64,000 bases of DNA, taken from positions 14,136,001 to 14,200,000 of the forward strand of contig JAQFVV010000010.1 of assembly GCA_028023455.1 (NCBI GenBank), in the 5' to 3' direction. Shown piece after piece: positions 40,393-52,992 of the stretch (within the stretch, counting starts at the first letter, position 1; each line of letters starts with the position of its first letter). A program made the position numbers and the translations under genes. The notes beneath the pieces are model-generated. The model had not been told where the DNA came from. It did no database searches and saw only the letters and a program-made list of their open reading frames with translations. This stretch comes from Epiperipatus broadwayi (lineage: Eukaryota > Animalia > Onychophora).

Positions 40393-40652
40393 GGTAGTTA
40401 CATATTAGACCTGCTACCCATGTTTACGATGGAGAATGCCATACCTTTCTCCAGTGGGGTGTGAGGGTCTGGATGCTTACAATGGCACAATGCCTTATTA
40501 AAAAGACAAATTACGATAGTAAATAAAACAGGTAATTGTGACTTTTTAAATTTGACATTCTGCTGTAGCAAGCCCCTCTCCCCATCCCATTGGAGAAAGG
40601 TATGGCATTCTGCCATCACAAACATGGGCAGCAGGTCTGATACATAAGTACC
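40393..40652. mobile_element. Merlin-like MITE, copy 2
   Basis: Termini GGTAGTTACATATTAGACCTGCT / AGCAGGTCTGATACATAAGTACC; perfect 8-bp TSD GATTATTT (40385-40392, 40653-40660). Confidence 0.8.
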
Positions 40653-42560
40653 GATTATTTATATAGATAGAACTTTTACGGATGATATTGAGAAGAGATT
40701 AGAGATAAAAGATTTACTGAATGTTACATTGTGGATTATAAATGCTGAATTTTTCTCAAAATAAACATTAGTTTAATAGTAGAGTAGGTGAAGCAGAAAT
40801 ATGTACTGCTATGACAGAAAAATATTAGTCATTATACATGAAAGTAGTTTAAATGAGGTGTATGATTGTTTTTATCTACAGGGGAAACAATTTGAATGAA
40901 ATAAAAATTAATGGAAGAAAATTTAATGTTATGCAAACCAATAATAATACTGACAACATTAAGATTCTAAAGTAAATTCTGTTGATAAACTTATCTGATG
41001 ATTATCTTGTTTGGTCATAGCATCTAATTGACTAGTTATCTCATTTTCATTTGGGCAAAGACTTAACATGCAACTCTTGACTTATTTATTTTGTTATTTA
41101 TGTAAAATATCTAATTTCATTGCCATTTAATATTAATTTTTTAAAATCTTTAATAGAACAATTGAATTGTGTTAACAAATTTTCAAGAAAAATTGAAAAT
41201 TTCAAGAAAACCAGCTAAAATCTTTTCTTTTAAAAGTATTAAAAAATGAAAACAATCAATTATTTGCAAATTTGTTTTTTTTTTTTAATTTATTGCAAGA
41301 ATACAGACCAAGTTATATAAAAAAAGATAATGAAATATAAATTCTGGATTGAAATTATTTAATTTTTAATATTGACATTTGGTCTACTAAAGATATCTTG
41401 AAGGAAACTTATTTGTCTTATGAGATTCAGAAAATAAAGATATTTTAAAACAATAAATATACAAATTAAATCATTATTCCTTAAAAACAAAACAAAAATA
41501 TTTAATACATTAAAGTTTAAAATCTTGAGATTAAAAATATGGATTATTTTTAATATTTACAAATTTTTTCAAAGAATAATAAAAAATACACAATATGTAA
41601 ATATTTAGCTATAATGTCTACTATGAAACTGTGAAGTTTTATTTATTTTTAATTATTAAATATATTTTACATATGCAGATAATAGAGTCTACCTTTGCCT
41701 GTTTGATGGAGTCATGATTCACCTACCAAATGTAGCAAAAATAAAAGCTAATCAACACGTTTCATATCTTTTATAAAAAAAATTCCAAAAAACTGGGGGA
41801 AAAAATATATATAATAGGCTTGAAAACATGAAAATAAATATAATTTATTTGGAAAACAAACCTACAAATATATTTTGCAAACAAAAAAGAGGCAAAATAA
41901 GTATTTTAAATAAGTATGATCAGCACAAACATTCGTATTGTTCGCAGACAACAACTTTTGTTTTTCAGTCAGTTTTTAAACATATATTATTGTTATTTTT
42001 TAAAAATGGAAAATATGAAATTTATCAATTTAAATTAGCACATGGATGATGGCTTCTTTAATGAATGAATAAAGCATGTATTTTAAAATTGTAGACAGTT
42101 TTCTGATATTACTAAAACTACACCAATAAAGTGGAAATAATATATTTTGTTTACAAAAACCTTATATGTCTGGCTGACTTATAGATAGATACCTTACAGA
42201 ATTGTTGATAAACTATATATTTATTTAAACAAGCTTAGAGGAATATTGTATGGAGAAGTCTTCAGTAAGGACATTTTTTTTTTATCTGTGTAAAATGTAT
42301 CAGATTGTTGCAAGTCTTTGAAAAGATTGGAATCCCACGACTGAAATTTTTTTTACAGATGCAGTGAGTAGACATTTCAATAAAATTTCTCATTTGCCCA
42401 AGAGTTTTTGCAATAATATTAATATATTGACGGATCAAAGCCTTTTTAAAGACATGCAGTGGCCTGATCTGGTTTATATAAATTTATAAAATGTTTTACC
42501 TTGAGGATTTAGTATATTGTTCTCCAAAGTCTGCTTTACATTCATTTTTTAAATGAATTT

Positions 42561-42581
42561 TGTGTGTGTGTGTGTGTGTGT
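42561..42581. repeat. (TG)10 microsatellite
   Basis: Read directly from the sequence. Confidence 0.95.
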
Positions 42582-42863
42582 ATGTATATATGTAAAGAAA
42601 TTACATTATAGCAGATTTTATTTTTATCAATTTTTATTATATCTTTAAATTTATCATCAGATTAGTGTGAGAAATTTATGTACAACAAGATACACTTGTT
42701 TTACTTTTTTAAAAAAAAACAAAAAACTAATGAATTAAAGCAATTTTAATAATGAGCCTTTTTTGTTCATTGTTCTAGTTATTATTTCTAAAAATAATCA
42801 ATAAAGGAACAAAAAGAATCATCAGAATATATTTAAGCAATCAAATAAATTATTATAAACATT

Positions 42864-44778
42864 AAAGAGAAAGGATTTCACCTTTTTAACTTCTGCGATT
42901 TTTATAATAATTCAATGATGCTGTGTTGATTACAGAGGAAATTCAAACCCAAACACAAGATAAAGACTTAAATTCTGATTTATGTAGACCAATTTGAAAG
43001 TGTCCTGGTTTAAGAGAGTGAAATTGTTACTCTTTTCACTTTTATATCCATTACTTTCTTATATACATTAACATTTGCAAAATATTTAAATTTACTATGT
43101 GTTAATATTATGAATTAATAAATAAATTTGAATATTACATCATTTCTATTCAAATTTGTAATATTAACACATAGTAAATCAAAAGATTTTGCAAATGTTA
43201 ATGTATGTAAGAAAGTAATGCATGTAAAAATGAACAGAGTAACATCTTCACTCTCTTAAACTAAAACACACTTCAGATTGGCCCATACAAATGAGAATTT
43301 AGGTTAAAGATAAGATGTTCACTCTTATCTTTATAAAGTTTCTATCTTGTGTTTAGGTTTAAGAGTTTCCTCTGTACTCAACACAGCATTGTTGAAATAT
43401 TATAAAAATTAGTTGTTAAAAAGGAGAATTCCTTTCTCTTTAATTTCATATGTGTAAAATATTAATATTAATATTTAAAAAAGGGGATAAAGAAGATATT
43501 AGAAATTACAGACATATCAAAGTTTTACCAAGATAATTACAACTCATCTACAGAGAACATTCGATTTTCACCAACCAAGAAAACAAGCTGGTTTTAAAAG
43601 TAGTTTTAGTACAGTAGATCATATCCAGGTATTGAGAAAAGTCATAGAAGGAACAAATGAATATGAATTGCCATTATGCTTTAAATTTGTAGATTATGAA
43701 AAGGCATTTGATTGTATAAACAGTTGTTCTTCAGTGATTAAAGCATTGGATCATCAAGGTATAGATCCAGGATATTGTCATATTTTAAAGAATATTTATA
43801 AAAATGCAACAGCAACAATTAAATTACATAATGATACTAGGAAAGTCAACATTGAGAAGGGTGTAAGACAGGGTGACGTCATATCTCCAAGACTTTTTAC
43901 AGCAGTGCTGCAAAGAAGTATTTTGTGGATTAAAATGTGAAGCTAAAGAAATGAAAGTAAATGGAAATTATTTAAGTCATTTAGATTTTGCAGATGATGC
44001 AGTTGTTTTTGAAAATAATGTTTTAGAGTTGTAGGAAAAGTTTCAAGAGTTATCAGATGAAAGTAGGACTAAAGATAAATGTTAAAAGACTAAAGTAATG
44101 TTTAATGGATTTTCTCAAAATATGAAAATAAAGATTGATTATGATGAGTTAGAAGAAGTTATCAGTTACAAATACCTTGGTCAGATTATTAATACAGATG
44201 AAAACATAATGGATGAAAATAATCATAGAATTAAACTTGGTTGGAGTGCTTTTGGTAGGAATAACTTGATACTAAAAGGAAATATGCCTATGTGTTTGAA
44301 AAGGAAGATTTTTAATAAATGTGTTTTACCAGTTCTCACTCATGGATCTGAGACTTGGACACTTAATAGAAGAGCAATAGAGATTTCAGACCATGCAAAG
44401 AAGTATGGAGAGATGCATGTTGGGAGTAACAAGGAGAGATCAAAAACACAATATATGGGTAGGAGAACAAACAGGTGTTACTGTCGTCATTGAAAAAATT
44501 AAAAAAATTAAAAGAGTGAAGTTGGGCTGGACATATTGCTAGAAGAGATGACAATAGGTGGACAATTGAAAACTCAAGCGGGATTTAAAGAGATTGTTAA
44601 AGACCCAGAAAGAGACCACATGTGAGATAGATGGATGAAATAAAAAAGTGAGCAGGGGTGATGTGGAGAAGAGATGCTCGAGATCGGAGAAGATGAATTG
44701 AACTTGGAGGCATCTTGCAATGGATTGATAATGGTTGATGATGATGATGTGTAAAATAAATAAATTTGAACATTGCAT
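42864..44778 (+). mobile_element. Large (~580 bp) fold-back palindrome of family A whose tail is interrupted by an RTE
   Basis: Inverted arms span 42861-43444; tail 43445-43461 plus 44759-44778; 16-bp TSD AATTATTATAAACATT (42848-42863, 44779-44794). Confidence 0.85.
43462..44746 (+). mobile_element. 5'-truncated RTE LINE copy
   Basis: Close match to 54965-56287 (FVDYEKAFD, GVRQGD, FADD); (GAT)n tail; 12-bp TSD ATGTGTAAAATA (43450-43461, 44747-44758). Confidence 0.95.
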
Positions 44779-47700
44779 AATTATTATAAACATTGTTGAA
44801 AATTTAGAGAATCATTAAATCATTGTGTTGTTCATTCAATGTGAATGATACTATCTTTCATGGCTGAGAAATTTAAACTACCTCTCAAATCATTTGATAT
44901 TTGATTATTAAAGTGATATAGCTCAGTAATTATTTTTTACCCCCCCACCTTTCTCTCTCTTTTTTTAATTTGGGAATTGAACCAAGAATTTTTACTTGCT
45001 ATAATTATTCTTATAACTAGATTCTGAACAGATATGATTGAAAGTAGTAGTAGTGAAAATGGGGAAAAAATACTAAAGAAGGTTAGAAATAAATTAATAT
45101 CAATATAAATTGAAATTATCAAATTTCTGTAGAATCAAAAGAAATTAAAGGTGAACTGGGCATATCACATGTCAAGAGGGATAATCAACACATAAAGAGA
45201 GGTGATGCTTAGACTGGAATTGCATTAAATTTTATTTTAGATTTATATAGAAAATTGATACTTTCATTAATGTGTTTCAAAAACTATAACTGATTTCTAG
45301 TAATAACAAAAATTCTTTATCAATGTATAGTAATATTTATGTATAATTAATATTGCAATATGTGGTATAATAATAACAGTAAATTTACAAAACAGTACAA
45401 AGTATTTAATAAGTATTATGTTATTATTTATATACACTATTAGTTGTTGTGGTTTTTTTATTTTAACTCTACAACATTAATAATAGGAACTTTTTATTTT
45501 GAAAAAAATATACACATACAACTTATTCCAAATCTCTTGGTTTTAGGTCTTTACGAATTAGGAAATTTTGCAGATTTAAAAAGTTCAATTGTAGAATAAA
45601 TAAGTTCAAATTTCATTAATTATATTTTCTTGATTCTGAAAAAATTTTACATTCAACTTTGTAGCAAGATATATGTTGCACCCTTTTATCATAGTCTTCA
45701 TATGCTATTTCACAAATTTTGATCTTTAGGCATACATGTTGATATAAGTGAAGTGATATTAGACAGCTCACTATCATTATTTTTATGTTATTTCTTTAGA
45801 GGTTAAACGGCTAACATAGAATATTTTATACATAGTTGGGAATAAATATAAGTGACCTGATTTGTTAAGTTTTTCATAAATGTATATATAGCATGATATA
45901 TTATAATGGCAGATGTGACTGGATATTGGAGAGTGCACTGTCACTGGTTTTATGTTGCAAATTTTTTTAAATAAAGGATAAATCTTTAATGTGATGGTGA
46001 CCAAGAATGACTGTTACGTTAGATTACCATTTATGTTTTTTTATATGCAATACAAAAATTGCGAATCAATATATATATATATAAGTATTTACATAGCGTA
46101 TGGAACGACATGCTTCGATCCATTTAATAACAATTTAGCTGTTTTTTAAGTGGATGCAGTACAGAAATTTAATATTTGTTTTAATTTTTGCTATGCATAA
46201 TGGATGCCCTGAATTGTATTCAAATAAGAAAAGTTTTTGAATTCAAGTGTTTTGGAATAATGGTATTCAATTTATATATTGTTTGTTATATATATATTAT
46301 TCTATATAGACACAAACACACACACACATATAACATTAATACAATAGTTTTAATTTTCACTTGCATTAATAAAGACCAGCTCATAGGCATTCCACAAGGA
46401 TAAAGCTAGTTGAATTATATTTATTTAATGAAAAAAGTATGTGACACGAAAATTGATTAGAGGAATTTTTATCATTCTTTTTTTTTTTTTTTTTACCATA
46501 TGAAAAATATTAAATCACACAAAGTAAATAGTCCTTTATAACATAATACAAATTCAAATTGGTGAGAAAATATATGGATGAAAAAGTCACAAATTTATAT
46601 AGGATAGGCTATGCAAATTTTACAATAACAGGTGTTGTTTTATAATTCTGGATTATATAAGGAATTAAAATGTAAGTTGTTCTTAAATTTTAAACAGGGA
46701 AAACATTTTAATTCAAAATTCAAATAAGCTTTTTTTTTTTTTTATAATAAGGATCAAGTTTTTTTTTATGCAATTTAATTCAAATATGTTTTTTTTGTTG
46801 TTGTTGTTGTTCCACATATGTAGACAACGACATATATTTATCTGTGGTTACATATTATATATATAAAATATTTATATTTTTTATTTTAACATGCTTGGTA
46901 CTTGTCAAATATCTTTTGATATTATTATTAGATGCTATCAAGTCAATGTTACTTTCTGGTAATCTTACAGTTTTCCAAAACGATCTTATGTATTTGGTTT
47001 GTTAGGCATATCAATGTTATATTTGTTATTGTAATAATAGAATTTTTCTTATAGCTAATCTTTTTTTTTTTAACTATTGTACCAATTTATATGAATTAGC
47101 CACTTCATACTATGATCAAAATAAGTGATTTCATTCCAGTCATTTGTGTTTTAGCAAAAGTTTAGGTCCAGTGTGATGAAGCATTGATTGTGTTTTTTTT
47201 TTTTGCTGCCTATCGTATTCTCAAAAGTCTTCATCAGAATAGAGTTACAACAATAAGTGAAAGATAATATATCTAGATGTAGTAGTTTGGGATTATGAAT
47301 CTGATATTTATTAATTGTGAATATTTAATATTGTTGAAAAGTTATTGCATTGTTTTAATAAATTTCTGTTGGGCTTTCTTTTGTTTTGGTATTAGAGCTG
47401 TGATGTAGGGGAGATAGGAGACCTTTTCACATCCATAATAAATGTGTAATGTTGCGATGACATCAAATTTGAAGGAAGGAAACCCTGCGGGTATACATGC
47501 GGAAATGTGTTTTTGTCTTTATCAGTGCGATCTTTTTTTTTTTTTGTAATACTTTGACATTTTCAGTTATTATCCAGATTTCTTTCTGCCATACTTAACA
47601 ATATAAAAAGAAATGGTTCCGCCAAGATAAAAACCTAATAAAAGTCTCATAATTGACATGAATTTTTTTTTTTGTGTGGTTTTTGTCCTTTTTTTGGTTT

Positions 47701-47898
47701 AAGTTATTTATAAAAAAAAAAAAATGTTTATTAGCATTTCTGTTGAAAATCCCAGCATACTCTGCAATCATGTGCTACATTTTTGGAGGGAAATTTTTTA
47801 ATAGAGATCTCCATTTTCTGTGGTAATATTAAATGTTTTATTTCAAGGTGACAATTTCTGTTATATATTACACGGTAAATAATCATATAAGTATACTT

Positions 47899-48440
47899 AA
47901 TGTGTTTTTATAAATATTATTTAAAAACCAAAATCATTTACTGTTTGTTTAGTAACAATTTTTTTTGTGTAATGGTGTCATTTCATTAAGATCGCAAATC
48001 ACACTTTTTTTAAAAATAATGTCTTTCTTAAAAGTTGTTAATGTGAACATTGTACATATAGTTAATGTCTTTTTATAAATATTATTTAAAAACCAAAATC
48101 ATGTACTGTTTCTTTAGTACGTATTTAAACTAACAATTTTTTTGTGTAATGCTGTCATTTCATTAAGATTGCAAATCACATTTCTTTTTTTGCTTTAAAA
48201 TGTCATTCTAAAAAGTTATTAGTATACAACTCATATATATTTGAATGTCTCATTATTTAAAAAACCAAAATTATTTACTGTTTGTTTAGTGGTATTTGAA
48301 TTAACAATTTTTTTGTGTAATGGCATCATTTCATTAAGATCGCAAATCACATTTTTTTTTGCTTTCAAATGTGGTTCCGAAAAGTTGTCAGTGTCCAAAT
48401 CGTATATATTTGAATGTCTTGTTCAAAATCATACATTTCT
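47899..48440. repeat. Degenerate tandem repeat, about 3.2 units of 165-180 bp
   Basis: Unit starts near 47899, 48064, 48245 and 48414; shared blocks ATTATTTAAAAACCAAAAT and TAACAATTTTTTTGTGTAATG..CATTTCATTAAGAT.GCAAATCACA. Confidence 0.85.
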
Positions 48441-48489
48441 TATTGAAAATGATAAATATATTTATTATGTTTTTACTTTTAGTTATATT

Positions 48490-48705
48490 TAGTCCTGCAA
48501 CACAGAGCATGGATTAGACCTACTGTGCTTGTTTCACATTCGTGTCAAACCCACCAATATCTTTGCAAATCTTGCTAAAATATCATGTACAAGATCCATG
48601 TACTCATTATTTTGGTCAGATCCCAAGATTACAAAGTTATCAGCAGATTGATATAAATGTGAACAGGCACAATAGGTCTAATACATGCTCTGTGTTGCAG
48701 CTCTA
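48490..48705. repeat. Fold-back palindrome (~50-bp arms), no TSD found
   Basis: CTGCAACACAGAGCATGGATTAGACCTA.. / ..TAGGTCTAATACATGCTCTGTGTTGCAG. Confidence 0.75.
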
Positions 48706-49171
48706 ATCCAAAATATTTTTTATCCATACAAAATAATTGCTGAAAATTCTGTATAATTAATCACCCATTCATCTTGTATTTAAATAGCAGTAGGTTGTAT
48801 TTGAAGTAATTGAATGTTAATTACAATCTCTGATAGCTGAAGTCATTAATTAACAAGATAGTCTAACAAAGTGGTAATATTTGACCACCATTTATGATAA
48901 TTTGCCATTGCTTGGCATTTCTTAACACAATTTATTTTAACATTTTAGAGTTATATCATAAATTTTAACAAGCATTTAGGTCATTATTATGAGTTAAATG
49001 TAAATGCAAATACAAAATTTTGCACAAAATAACAATATGGAATTACCCAATATTTTTTTTTCTTTTGTTTTTAAGATCAATTTTATATATTAACTATCTG
49101 TATTCCCAAGGCAAATGATTTATTATTTTACTTGAAATAAAATAATAGTTTTCTACTTCACCTTTTAGTAG

Positions 49172-49227
49172 TAAGTAATTTAAACTGTGCTTCACTTTTT
49201 TGTGTAAAGTGCAGTTTAAATTACTTA
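49172..49227. other. Compact 56-nt hairpin, 21 contiguous pairs
   Basis: TAAGTAATTTAAACTGTGCTT / AAGTGCAGTTTAAATTACTTA, with two G-U pairs on the + strand. Confidence 0.8.
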
Positions 49228-51758
49228 TTCTATTTGAACTATATGGGTGTCGAATGATAAAGATGTTAGTTATTATATAAAAGTTTGGGTGATCAAGAAT
49301 TTTTTTATGAATTTTGAAAAAAAATAAGCTCTAGATTTTAAAAATAACAATTACAAGAAAACTTGAAGCTATAGAAAAAATACTTAATGTATTATTCACA
49401 ATTAGTTTTATGAATGTACCCCTTATAGTAAATGTTAATCTGAAGATGAAGAAAGATAATGTATTTATGTGAGAATGTAATAGAGATCTAAAATCTGCTA
49501 GTGCTACAGTAAAGTTTCCTAAACTATCAAGAATAAGCAATATATATTATTATTTATGAATATTTTATTAAGTTTGATTACAAATTTTTGTTTTTGCATT
49601 CAATGGCTATAAGTTTTGAATATGAATTTTCATCACATTTCAAATTTAGTTGAACATCTATCCAATTTAGATGAAGTGATTTATTTAGTTTGGAACTCGC
49701 ATGGATTACAGAATACATCCAAAAGTTGATAGATTTCCTGCAAATATGTTTAGTATATGACTGGATTCAAAGTCACAACAAATGATATTACTTCATTTTC
49801 AAATTTAGATTATTGCTTTTACCTAGTGATGAACATCATTGAAAATGTAACATTTTTCTATGATCTGTAAGAAAAAAAAAATACAGAGCATCCAATCTTT
49901 TAACGATTGATATTCTTGTCCTGCAGTTACATGAACAGTATAGCTTCAGCAAAACAACGTAAATATTGATTTTTTTTATTTATTTACTCCAAACAATTTA
50001 ATTTTTGTGGCCAAAGACTAGAAAGTAATAGTTAATGTTTTAAACATTTTTGAGTACATTCATGGAATTATTTGGAAAAAGAAATAATTCTAGTGTATCA
50101 TTAAAAGATTTGTTAAAAGTTCAATGATGCTAAGTTTTGAAAGAAGAAACCCAATACTTTGTTTGTAAACAGTGTCTAATGTGAATGTACTCTATATCAT
50201 TGCTTTTTTTAAGAATTTGAACTGAAAAAGCTGAGGCATATTAATTTAAAATAATCATTTTTCAAGACATTTAGAAGAATTGGCACATCTTCGTGCTGAA
50301 CTGCTTTAGAATAGAAGCTTTAAATAAATTCATTAATCATATGACTCAGACTGGAGGCTTTAATTGGAGTTGATAAATATTGCTGATAGATAATTATGTA
50401 GAGGTTACTGATGAAACATTGAAAAAATCTGGAAACATTGGTTCATCTTTATATTAACTCTTCACAGTGACTTCCAAGATGAGCAAAAGGTGTTATTGGT
50501 AATAAATTAAAAAAATTAGTAAATAGCTAGTATTCTTTTAATTTTTTTCTTTTTACTAAAATGAAAAAAAAAAAAGGATTGGGGTGGAGAGTGAGAGAGT
50601 ATAAAGATATAATTTGCCTATAATAACTGTATTTTAATGGCATCTCCCTCACACATGGTTAAGGTCAAATTACATTACTATTATGTTTCGATTTGTTGAC
50701 AGTATATTAACATGACTATAAGAAATGGAGTGGTGAGACAGATGATTGTCTGGGTGGAGGATGAGTGGGAATGATAAATAATTTTCATAGATCCCTAATA
50801 TATATATACAGTAATTAATTGTATAGTTGTTAGTACATTAATTTATCTTACCAGTAACCTGGTAATCAATTCTGGGTAGACTTTGTGAGTTTTTATTATT
50901 TAACTTTTATTAGATAAAAGTTTTCTTCTGGAATTAATATCTAAATTATAGCACTTAATCATGATTTAATAGATAGATTGATATTGTAAAAGCTTTCATT
51001 TTGTCTTCAATTCATATGCTGAGGAATTGGCCAGCTCTGAATATATTGATTAAGTAAAACGGTATTTAGCTATTTTTAGCTGGAAGATAAAGAAGTGACA
51101 GTCAATCTGGGTAATGAATGCGAATACACTCATTGAATTATAATTGCTCCAATCATTAACATTGATGGAGTTGTTATTTGTATGCCTATGAACATTATTT
51201 TTTTTGTAAATATATTTTATTAATTATTAAGCCAATAAGAGTTTTGCCTGTTTTATTAATTATTGTATATATTTTAAAAATAGCATTTATTTATACTAGG
51301 TAATAGAATTCTTAAGAACCTAATCCTATACTTTCATCTCTTTAACTTCCAAGAATTATAAAAAAAAAACATTAATATGACCATTATGCTAAAAAAGAAA
51401 AATTATTTAATAACAATATTTATTTGTTTGACTTAGTATTCCTCTAAATTTAGATTTTCTCTTCTTCCTGTAATAAAACTTTAAAAAAAAAAAAATAATT
51501 ACAAAGAAAATATTTGTTTGTGTGATAAGCAAGCCTTTAATATTTTCTCTTTAATAATTCTTTTTCTGCTGCAAATAAATGCAAAACACGATATTAGTTA
51601 ACACATGATGAAATCGTATTGAATGCTAATATAGTATTTAAGTGTTAATAAATTTTGCTTCAAAAAATCAATAAAGTATTTGAATTCTGCTGTGGTAATT
51701 CGTTTAAACAATTTAAGCCTACCAAAAAGCTTGAATTAGTCTGTTAAATGTTAGTCTT

Positions 51759-51843
51759 GCATTGGTGGTCGAGAGGTCAGCGCGACTGCTTTACAAGCAG
51801 TTGCCCGGGTTGCGGGTTCGCGTCCCGGCCGATGCTATGACAC
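51759..51843 (+). mobile_element. Short tRNA-Gly-derived SINE, copy 3 (best preserved)
   Basis: Acceptor stem GCATTGG/CCGATGC, A-box TGGTCGAGAGG, stem ACTGC-TTTACAA-GCAGT, B-box-like GGTTCGCGTCC, followed by a T run. Confidence 0.85.
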
Positions 51844-52992
51844 TTTTTTTTTAAAAAAAAAATGTATAGATAAATTCTTACCAGTATCAACATTATTTTT
51901 AAAATAAAAATGGTAAATTTTTTTCACACTATATCAAACAATCTTAAACTAATAATATATTGATACTTAAAATTGAATTACTTTACAAAATATGTACGCA
52001 TATATATACCTAAAGTATAATTAGTCGTACATTCTGCAGCAGACACACGAAATTCAATCTAGATACTTTAATTGAACGTTCTATTTTTCTTTAAATGCTT
52101 TAATTATTATATATAATATATGTAATTTGATTTTTTTTTTTTGAAGACAGTTTAATGATATTTTTATAAACTAAATTATTTAGAAATATTCTATTTTATT
52201 GTTGAAATACTAATTTAATTAAAATAAAATATAAAATTAAGTAATCATAAAGTTGTTAAAGGTAATAAAATCTATTGAACTTAGCAAGAATTAAACACAA
52301 GTAAGTCACAATCATTCAGACAATATATACTCAAATATATACAGGTATACACGTCTATGTGTATGTCATCAACTTTTAATAGTTGCAGTAAGGTAAAGGT
52401 TTTATGATAAGTTATCTCACATTATTTTTTTTTTTTAAGGATAATTCTTATCTTCTGATTTGGTTTTGTCTCTCCTATCTCTGTGTCCCGATTTATTATT
52501 TCAGTACAGTTAATTGTCACGGGTTTTCTTAACCATGAATTTAATTTTAACTTTATATTTAATTTTTATATTCATTTTAAATTAATATTTATTCATTTAA
52601 TAATGTATAATTAATTTTTTGATTGGTTAATCAGTAATTTCTCCAAAATGAAAATGGCTCTTCATTATTTACATAACGTTAGTAATAAAATGATTTCAAT
52701 TTGTGTTTTTATTTTGATAGGTAACATTATGTGTACAAATAATGTGATTATATATATATGTTTTGTGATTTTTTAATTTTGTATTGAAATATACTTTAAT
52801 CTGCAATAATTTTTTTTTGTCCTGTGTTCCGTTTAGGTTCTGAGGAAATATGAACACCCTAACTATAACAGTTGAGATTTATATCCACTTTTTTTTTTTG
52901 CTGTTTCTCATTTTTTTTATAAAATATAGAATTTTATTCAGAAATTTGGTTACAATATATGATAATAGTTAAACATAGGATATATTACATGA

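Noticed and set aside
49205-49212. Homology of the hairpin to miR-17/20 (TAAAGTGC)
   Set aside because: Only the 8-mer matches, it is on the 3' arm, and that family is vertebrate-specific.
50405-50450. CTGATGAA..GGAAACATTGGTT hammerhead candidate or possible coding relic
   Set aside because: Stem II and stem I do not pair; the short open frame (DNYVEVTDETLKKSGNIG) was not recognisable.
51759-51835. Functional tRNA-Val(TAC) gene
   Set aside because: Gly-type acceptor stem, duplicated segment before the T-arm, non-canonical T-loop, and dispersed diverged copies with a TSD all indicate a SINE.
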